DNA of 63,955 nt, counting the filler, from Thraustochytrium aureum (taxonomy: Eukaryota), in NCBI GenBank assembly GCA_012862495.1. It is 6 parts of 3 records of this genome, joined end to end, with 100 filler letters (N's around TTAATTAATTAA, not from the genome) between each part and the next. Parts side by side here need not be neighbours in the genome. Positions count along the whole stretch, not along the records: positions 55,852 to 62,576 come from BLSG01000379.1; positions 62,677 to 63,955 come from BLSG01000402.1; 4 more parts are not named here. The stretch is one strand, 5' to 3'. Below are positions 56,310 through 63,955 of this stretch, in pieces. The notes beneath the pieces are model-generated. The model did no database searches, was not told where the DNA came from, and saw only the letters and a program-made list of their open reading frames with translations. The position numbers were made by a program, and so were the translations under genes. Position 1 is the stretch's first letter, and each line of letters opens with the position of its first letter.

Positions 56310-59300
56310 ATGGCGGAGGGCAAGGACGACGCACCTACTCCAAATGGCGTCGCCGCCGCTGGTCAGGCGGCGCAGCAGCCGTCGGCCGGCCGGCCGTTCA
56401 GCCTCCTCGGCGAGCGCGCCAAGTCGGCGACGAGCTTGCCGGAGCTCGAGGCGGTGCTCGAGTCCCTCTTCGAAGTGGACGCGCAAGGCCGCAAACAGGT
56501 GTCCCCGCAGGACTTTGTGGACATGGTTGCTCGCACTGGGCTAAGTCTGGACGATGAGCGCATCGCCAACGACATCAACACCGTGCTGGCACTCCCCCCG
56601 GACGCCAACTTGGGCCTCGGCGACGTCCTCAACTTTCTCAAAGACAACGTCCTGCTCGAGTCTGCGCTCAGCGGTGGCCTTGTGATTGGAGACTTTGAGT
56701 TTTACGCCGAGCGCCTCGACAGCTACTACTCGGCCTCTCTGCGCGAGCGAACGAAAGCCTCCGGCAAGGCAGCGGCCGGGAACGTTTGCAACAAGACGCC
56801 AAAGCTGGGCCGCGTCGACCCTGGCAAGGTGGCTGCCTCATTCTGCTCCATCCACGGCCAGCGCTGGAACCGGGGGACTACGCCGAGCGGTTCACCGTGC
56901 AAGAGCTCTGCGGGCCTCTCCTTTACTGCGCCGCGCTGGACGAGCTTGGGATGGACACCATCCACCGCTTTGTGGGCCGCGAGCCGAGCCCAGAGTCTGC
57001 CGGCCTCCTCCTCGACAGCTCGCGCAAACCGTTCAACCCGTTCGTGCAGTCTGGCCTTATCGCCGTGTCTAGCATGATCTCGATGGGCCTCCCTCTCGCG
57101 GACCGCTTCAACAGGGTCAAGGGGCTCTGGGCCCGCGCCGTGGGCCAGCGCGCCGTGGCCTTTGCAAACTCGCACTACCTCTCGCTCCGCAACAAGGGCA
57201 ACCGCGCCTTTTGCCTCGGGTACATGATGAACGACAACCGCGCCTTCCCGGAGGGCGAGCAGGACATGGAGAGCATGCAGGAGATCCTCAACTTTTACTT
57301 TATGAACCTCGCCATCGAGGCTTCTTGCGAGAGTCTCGCCGTCTTTGCCAGCACGCTGGCCGGCGGCGGCGTTTGCCCCATCACCAATGAACGCGTCTTC
57401 ACCGCCGAGCACGTCTGCTGCTGCCTCTCGATGATGAGCAGCTGCGGCATGAACGACTTTTCAGGCTCGCTCCAGTTCACAATCGGCTACCCTTGCAAGA
57501 GCTCCACCTCAGGGTTTTCCATCATGGTCATCCCAAACCTAGGCGGCTTTTGCACCTTTTCTCCGCGACTCGACAGCAACGACAACAGTGTCTTCGGCCT
57601 CCAGTTTGCAGCCAACCTCGTCAAACAGCTGCCCCTGCACACCTTCAACTCGTACGTCGTGCAAGACGCGCACGTGTACAGCGCCCTCCTCGCGCGGCGA
57701 GCGAGCCAAGCCCATGCAAGCGCTTCTGGAGGCGATGGCCCGGGAACCCATGGCGCCTTTGCAGAGGACCGCGACGCCGTTGCTGCTGCCGCGCACGCAA
57801 AGACGATGCGATGCTCGGAGAATGACCACTACGAGCTTTTTCACGCCGCCGCAGCGGGCAATACCCACGATGTGCGCAAGCTCTTCGCCCGCGGCGTAGA
57901 CGTCACCGTGCCCGACTACGACCTCCGCACGCCGCTCCACGTTGCCGTTGCCAACGGGCACTTTGAGTGCGTCAAGCTTCTCGTCCTCTTTGGCGCCAGC
58001 CTTGCCGCCAAAGACCGGAACGGCAACACGCCTTTGGATGACGCCCGTCACGAGGGCCACGGCGAAATTGCCGAGTGGCTCGCCAATCCCCCGCCGTACG
58101 CCTCCAATTCACCATCGACAAGCGGCAAGGCCTTGTCCATCCTGGAAAACCTCGGCGCCTTAGCGTACGCCGCGGCTGACGGGGTCGACATTGCCTCCGC
58201 GCCGCGAGACCCGGGACCGGATGGCGTGTTCCTGGGTGCCCCAGACAATGCGCGCAAGTCCACCATCACAGAAGGCCAGAGCGCGAGCGACGAGAACGCA
58301 TCTGCCGGAGCCGAGGCCGAGGACTGTTCAGAACACTCGAGCGCGTCAACAGCATCATCGGCCAACGACGTGCTGCCACCAATGCGGCCCACGGTGCGCC
58401 AGGCGATTCCTCAGAACGAAGGGCACCCGAGCCGCTACACGGTTCAAAACGGCATTCGAGCCTACAATATGCTGGTCGACATTGTCACCAACTCGATGTC
58501 GGAGGCCTCTTCGGAGGGTGACGAGCTCGGCAGCGAGCGAGGCCCTCCGCTCTCGTTGCTGCTTGGAGGCATGGGCCAGCGGAGTCCCTCCGCGACAGCC
58601 AACTCGGATACTGGCGAGCCGAGCCCCGAAACTGCAGAGCGCTGGATAGCGTCTCTGCGCCTTCTTCCTGGCTCCGAGTCGCCCGCGGCCCCGCGCCCAT
58701 CCCACCGTCGCCTCAAGGGGACGAGGAGCGCGCCACCGACTCTGGGAGCGACGATGGGCCGCTGTTTGCGCCCGCCAGTGGCCCCACGGAGCGGGACCTT
58801 TTGCAAGCGTTGCAGAGGGACGGGATTTGCATCACCGGCAACGGGCTCGGCCGCGAGCTTGCACAAGCGACGAGCGACGACTCGAGCGTGGTCTCCATCC
58901 GCCACCGCGACAGGGTCGTAGCCGGGCCGAGCGGCCAGCGCAAGCTCAGTCTTGCTTCGCCGTGGGTCGAAGCCTCCCCGAGCTCTCGAAAGAGCTCACC
59001 GTGCCCCGGCTCACCTACCTGGCGGGAAAGTTCCCTTACTTGCAGTCCTGTCTTGAAGGTCGCGCCGTGATCAACGACTTTCAATCGTTCACAGAAGCCA
59101 TTGTCGAGATTTTCGACGAGGTGAGCCACAACCGCGAAGGCCAGGTCGCGCAGTACATCCCGCAGCTCGCTCGGGTGAATCCTGAGCAATTTGGCGTTGG
59201 CATCTGCTCCGTGGACGCACAGCGGTTTTGCCACGGCGACGCTCACGTCCCGTTTTGCGTGCAGAGCACCATGAAGCCCATCAACTACTGCATCGCGCAG

Positions 59301-60538
59301 GAACTCATCGGGGAAGAACTTGTGCACAAGCACGTCGGTCACGAGCCCAGCGGTCTCAACTTCAACGAGCTCACGCTCAACTCGCACGGTTTGCCTCGTA
59401 AGTTCGCTCGGTGCGCGCCGCGCCCGCTCCTCCCTCCCTCCCTCCTCGCCGTCCGTCCACCTCCGGCCCGCTGACCTCTCGCTTGCGTCCTAGACAACCC
59501 GCTCATCAACGCGGGCGCTATTGTCACCTCCTCTCTCATCCTCCCCGACGCGAGCTCCGAGGACCGCTTCGACTATGTGCAGAGCGTCTGGTGCAACGCC
59601 ACGGGCGGCGTGCGCCCCGGGTACTCGAACGAGACATTCCTGGGCGAGTTTGCCACCGCCGATCGCAACTTTTGCCTCGGCTACCTGATGAAAGAAAAGG
59701 CGCCTTCCCCGACCACGTCACGAGCGGCGTGGCGCTTCGCGAAGTGCTAGAGTTTTACTTCAGCTGCTGCTCGCTCGAGCTCGACTGCGACACGCTCTCT
59801 GTTGTGGCGGCCACGCTCGCCAACGGAGGTATCAACCCAGTCACGCGCCAGCGTGTCTTCCGCCCAGAGACGGTCCGCAACTGCCTCTCGATCATGGCCA
59901 GTTCCGGCATGTACGACTTCTCCGGCGAGTTCCAGTTTACCATCGGGGTCCCAGCCAAGTCTGGGGTCAGCGGCGCGCTTCTCATCGTCGTCCCGAACGT
60001 GATGGGACTTGCAATCTGGTCCCCGCGCCTGGACAAGCTTGGCAACTCTGCGCGCGGGATCCAGTTCTGCGAGCAGCTTCAGCGCCGCTACGCAATCCAC
60101 CGCTACAGCCTGCTGCGCGGCGTCTCGAAAGCGCGCGACTTGCGCGACGCCACCAACTTTGGCGACGCGCAGCGCCGCGCGCAGCGCCTAATTGAGGCGG
60201 CCACGCGCGGCGACCTCAAAACCTTCAACCTCCTCCTCTCGGAGGGCAACCTCGGGATCAACTGCGCAGACTACGACGGCCGAACGCCTCTGCATCTCGC
60301 TGCAAGCGAGGGTCACCTTCGATTCGTCCGCGTTCTGCACGAAAAGGGCGCCGACCTCAGCCCTATTGACCGCTGGGGCGGCACTCCGCTCACCGATGCG
60401 CGCCGTCTCGGCCACGAGTCTGTCGTAGCTTACCTCGTCGCCAATGGCGCCAAAATGGGCCCGTGCAAGAGGACCTTGGCCAAGGCGCGCTCGGGGCACC
60501 CGCTGAGGCTTGTGACTGGCACAGCCAAAAGCTGCTAG
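56310..60538 (+). CDS. Tandem glutaminase: degenerate glutaminase + ankyrin repeats, linker, intact glutaminase + ankyrin repeats; one intron and about four 1-nt frameshifts
   Basis: Module 1: RTGLSLDDERI, VGREPS, KPFNP, TLAGGGVCPIT, SPRLDSNDNSVFG, ankyrin DYDLRTPLHVA. Module 2: GQVAQYIPQLA, QSTMKP, HNPLINAGAI, GMYDFSGEF, PAKSGVSG, ankyrin DYDGRTPLHLAASEGH. Frame changes near 56875, 58700, 58978 and 59699. Confidence 0.88.
59398..59493 (+). other. Spliceosomal intron (96 nt)
   Basis: GTAAGT donor, GCTGAC at 59470-59475, TAG acceptor; restores GLP-H-NPLINAGAI. Confidence 0.92.
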
Positions 60539-60614
60539 CCAGAGTGCCAATCGAGCGCTGATGATGGCCACGCCTGGTTGCGCCTCGAGAAATGGTTCTC
60601 AATGGAACACCTGT

Positions 60615-60734
60615 AGCGACCGAGGCGCAGTTGCGGCAAGGCGATCCCGCCCATCGACAAGAAAACAAACCAAGCTCCACAGCGACCGAGGCGCAGTTGC
60701 GGCAAGGCGATCCCGCCCATCGACAAGAAACAAA
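60615..60734. repeat. Direct repeat, 50 identical bp, period 66
   Basis: AGCGACCGAGGCGCAG...GACAAGAAA at 60615-60664 and 60681-60730. Confidence 0.9.
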
Positions 60735-61528
60735 GTAGACACCGAGCGCCAAGCGTCAAGTCCAGCTCTGGCTTGCTCAATTGTAGAGATCGACAAGTTC
60801 TTGCTGACCTTACAAGCCGCGTTCCTTCAACAGCCCTGCTCCCGCGGACCTGTCCGCTGGCGCACGCTCGCGCCGGGCCATTCTGGCGGCACTGTTGCCC
60901 TCGAGTGGAACTAGCCTTGCGTGTTCGAGGTCGTGCGAGCAGCAGCAGAGCAACGAGCAGCAGATGAAACTGTGCGCCTCCTCGACAGCACGGATGGGCC
61001 AGCCCTCGGCGCCCTTCCTCAAAAGCACTCGCGAGCCTCCTTCCAAGCAGACCGAGCAGGACGAGCAGGCCGAGGCCGAGCTGGCCTTCCAGCGCTCAAC
61101 GAGCCTCGACGAGCGGCGTGGACGAGCGCAAGCGACAGCCCGAGCCCAGCCTTGGCTCGCAGCATGATTGGCGACACTGCGCTCCAATGATCGCGATGCC
61201 TGGGCGCGCCTGGCACTGCTGCGCTCGACGAGTTTCAAGCCAAGGCTCCCGTGGCTAAGACTGGGGAGGCTGCGCGAGCTCGAGGAGCTCGAGGAGCTCG
61301 AGCACCTGGCCCAAGCCAAAGCAACGACTCCAAGGCCAGGACTTCGTACTAACATGAACGCAACCCCTCAACGCACACGCGAAGCAACCAGCTGAGGAGC
61401 GAGCAGCCCCGCGCGCACAGCGGGCAGTGCAGGCGGGCAGAGGCAGGCAAGCGCTCGTGGCGGGCACCCCGGGGCGTTTTTTTGTGGAGGGGGAGGGCTG
61501 AATCTCGTCACAGACGCGAATTGCGACA

Positions 61529-62576
61529 TTGGCCAACCAACCTCTCCAGCTCTGGATGGCGCCGTCCGGGGACGGGCGCGGGGAGAGCGGCGATCGTGCG
61601 GCAGGGATAGCTGGCTGCAAACGGAGCCGAGGGGAGGCTTGGCTGCATGGGGGCGCTCTTCAGCGGAAGCTTGCGGAGCCGAGTGGGACGTTCGAAGAGC
61701 TGCGGCGCAAATGCTTTGTCCTCGACAGCGGCGACGGCCGCAAGCCCGGGAGCGCGCACACAAGCTGCCAAAGCTGTGGGGCGTGCCCGGCGTGCTACCC
61801 GCTCAAACCTACCGAGCTTGTGGACGACGAGGCTTTCATCACGATACTCAAGGACGTGCCGCGCTCCTTCGGCAAGGCGCTTCGCGACCTGGACAGCCCA
61901 GTAATGCGGGCCGAGCTCACCGAGGTCCTGGTCCTCTACAGCGCACACCATACCGACGTAGGCTACACTCAGGGCATGAACTTTATCTGCATCGTTGCCC
62001 TTGCGCACATGGACAAGGAGGACGCGTTCTGGTTTTTGGTTGACATTGCAGACAGCCTGCCGGACAACTTCTTCCGCCGCACCGCTCTGGACGAGGTCGA
62101 GCTTTTCGCCGAGATCGTCACGCTGCACGCGCCGGTGCTCCGGGAGCACCTAGAAGCCAGTGCCGAAGGGGACGCGACGACGTTCGATCGCGCAATGGGC
62201 TACTTGCTCGTGCAATGGATGGTCCCTCTCTTCGTGCACGTCCTTCCTCTGGAAACCACGCTGCAAATATGGGACTTTATCTTTCGCCTCAAAGGCGACC
62301 GCCCCGACGCGATGATCCTCGCGCTTCACCGCGTCGCCTTTGCTCTCGTGGAGATCCATGGAGGCCCGCTGCTCTCGCGGCACCGACAGGCCCACCTCGT
62401 CTTTACTCGCCTCAAGAGCGACGAGTCGTTCATGCAAGAGGGCGTCTCGAGCCTCGACGAGGAGGACGTGCTCTACTTTTCGCAGATCGCAGAGTCGCTG
62501 GAGAACACCTCGGGGATTGTTTTTGTACAGCGCCTCCTGGCTTCCGCGGCCAGTGACGTGAACGCTGCTCGCATCC
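61529..62576 (+). CDS. TBC-domain Rab GTPase-activating protein (start uncertain, 3' end truncated)
   Basis: ILKDVPRSF (Arg finger), VGYTQGMNF (Gln finger), EDAFW, QWMVPLF..LPLETTLQIWD. Confidence 0.88.
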
Positions 62577-62676
62577 NNNNNNNNNNNNNNNNNNNNNNNN
62601 NNNNNNNNNNNNNNNNNNNNTTAATTAATTAANNNNNNNNNNNNNNNNNNNNNNNNNNNNNNNNNNNNNNNNNNNN
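62577..62676. other. Artificial scaffold spacer
   Basis: TTAATTAATTAA at 62621-62632 flanked by 44 N on each side. Confidence 0.97.
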
Positions 62677-63009
62677 TGCAGCAATGAACAGATGCGCCGG
62701 CCGAGGCCTGGGCTGCAGAAGGAGAGCTGGGTGTTCGCGAGATCCCTGGAGATTTCTGCGTGCCGTGACTCGGGTCACAACAAGGTCATTCAGTGCGGTC
62801 ATTCGTGAGCAGTTCGCTCTCAGAGCGCGTATGCGAAGCCGATGCCGCCACAAGCCATGGCACGAGGGTATCCATCCATCCATCCAGCACGCGGTGCATT
62901 TGGCTGCACTATGTGTCCCAAGCTCCTCATTCCAAAAGGCCGGCGATTCGATGGCGATGAATCAAAGCTGCTTTTCAACATTTTCCCCTTCATTTCCTGT
63001 GTCTTGACT

Positions 63010-63225
63010 CGTTTTCGTTCCGATGGCCTTTTTTTGGATCGTTTTTTTTCCGCTTTGATCCAAAAACTGAAAAAACTGAAAAAAACTGGAGCAAAACGAA
63101 AAAAATGAAACAAAATGAAAAAACTTGAACAAAATGAAAAAAAACCTGGAAAAAATGAAAAGAGAAAGTGGAGAAACCTTGACTTTTTTCGCTATTTATT
63201 TGTCGCGTTTTCTGAAAATTCGAAA
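63010..63225. repeat. AT-rich low-complexity tract with periodic T-runs followed by A-runs
   Basis: For example AAAAACTGAAAAAACTGAAAAAAACTGG...AAAATGAAACAAAATGAAAAAAC; sharp contrast with the GC-rich background. Confidence 0.8.
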
Positions 63226-63955
63226 AGGTGGTGACAACAAAGGTCGACTGACTCGCCCGGCAACGCGCTTTCTGTACCCGCAAAAGAGCTGAGCACGGCA
63301 GGCTCGATCGTGTTGTACTCGATGCTCGATCCCCAATTCAGCAGTTCAGAGAGCTCGCTCGGCAAAGTCCAGCAAGCGATCGCGCCATGCGACAAGGTCG
63401 TGTTGGCGCCTTGCGCTCGTGCCGCAGCCACCCGTCCCGTCACGCTGATCAACGCCCAGGCGAAAGCGAGCCACAGACCGTCAATCACACCATGCGCAAT
63501 GATCAATCCCACCATCGCTGGAGCACCGTTGCCACATCACCGTTGCACCAACACCACACTCAATGGCACGACCCGTTCGCGCAAGCTCTACGACGGAGGA
63601 TCTATCCTTGCTCTACGGAGTAGTTGAGATCCGACGCGCGGGGCGCCTGCCGGTCCCAAACTTCCCGCATTGTCCGCTCATTGCATGCACCCAGCCAGCC
63701 TTCCGGCGAACACAGCGACGCCAGTCGGCGGCCATCGGCGGCAAGGGTCGGAGTTGAAACCCATCGGCTTCGCCCACCCACGGCGCGGCAGGCCCAGCAG
63801 GCCAAGTCCTCCTTGTCACGCATCTGTCCCGCGAGACGACAGGCCAACTGCGCACGGCGCCTGGCCGAATGACCGTGCTCTCGCCTCCCTGCGCGCTGCG
63901 ATTCCGCTTCCGCTCCGCATCTACTAGGAGAGAGACTAGCGATGCTGGCAGAATT

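Noticed and set aside
48999..60538. Nitrogen-metabolism cluster (carrier, ArgD-ArgJ, glutaminase)
   Set aside because: The three genes are on different scaffolds separated by artificial spacers
60964..61528. Upstream exons of the TBC gene (TACTAAC at 61347-61353, CAG at 61389-61391)
   Set aside because: Plausible splice signals, but I could not build a consistent donor and frame model
63192..63515. Hydrophobic minus-strand ORF with faint ammonium-transporter resemblance (ANTTLS)
   Set aside because: Lacks the conserved WxGWxGFN motif, is short and ends in the AT-rich tract

Overview
GC-rich, intron-poor eukaryotic draft sequence. Gene content, short GTAAGT..AG introns and tetranucleotide microsatellites suggest a heterotrophic protist, possibly a thraustochytrid-like stramenopile (inference only). 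The window is not one locus. It is six scaffolds joined by artificial 100-bp spacers (44 N + TTAATTAATTAA + 44 N), with many internal N gaps and recurrent 1-nt frameshifts, mostly at homopolymers, that look like sequencing errors. Recognisable genes: cytochrome b561, a probable H2A.X tail, PAF acetylhydrolase, a secreted BBE-like FAD oxidase, MFSD1, MMS19, a ferlin, a 2OG-Fe(II) oxygenase, FIGNL1, an NCoR/SNT1-like double-SANT protein, sphingosine kinase, an OAC1/SLC25A35-like carrier, a GT54/MGAT4-like protein and a TBC Rab-GAP. Two protein architectures stand out. (1) An uninterrupted in-frame fusion of acetylornithine aminotransferase (ArgD) to ornithine acetyltransferase (ArgJ), which catalyse consecutive steps of ornithine/arginine synthesis; the ArgJ self-cleavage site is intact. 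(2) A tandem glutaminase gene in which the first glutaminase+ankyrin module has lost nearly all catalytic residues and the second is intact. No CRISPR array, rRNA or tRNA was seen.
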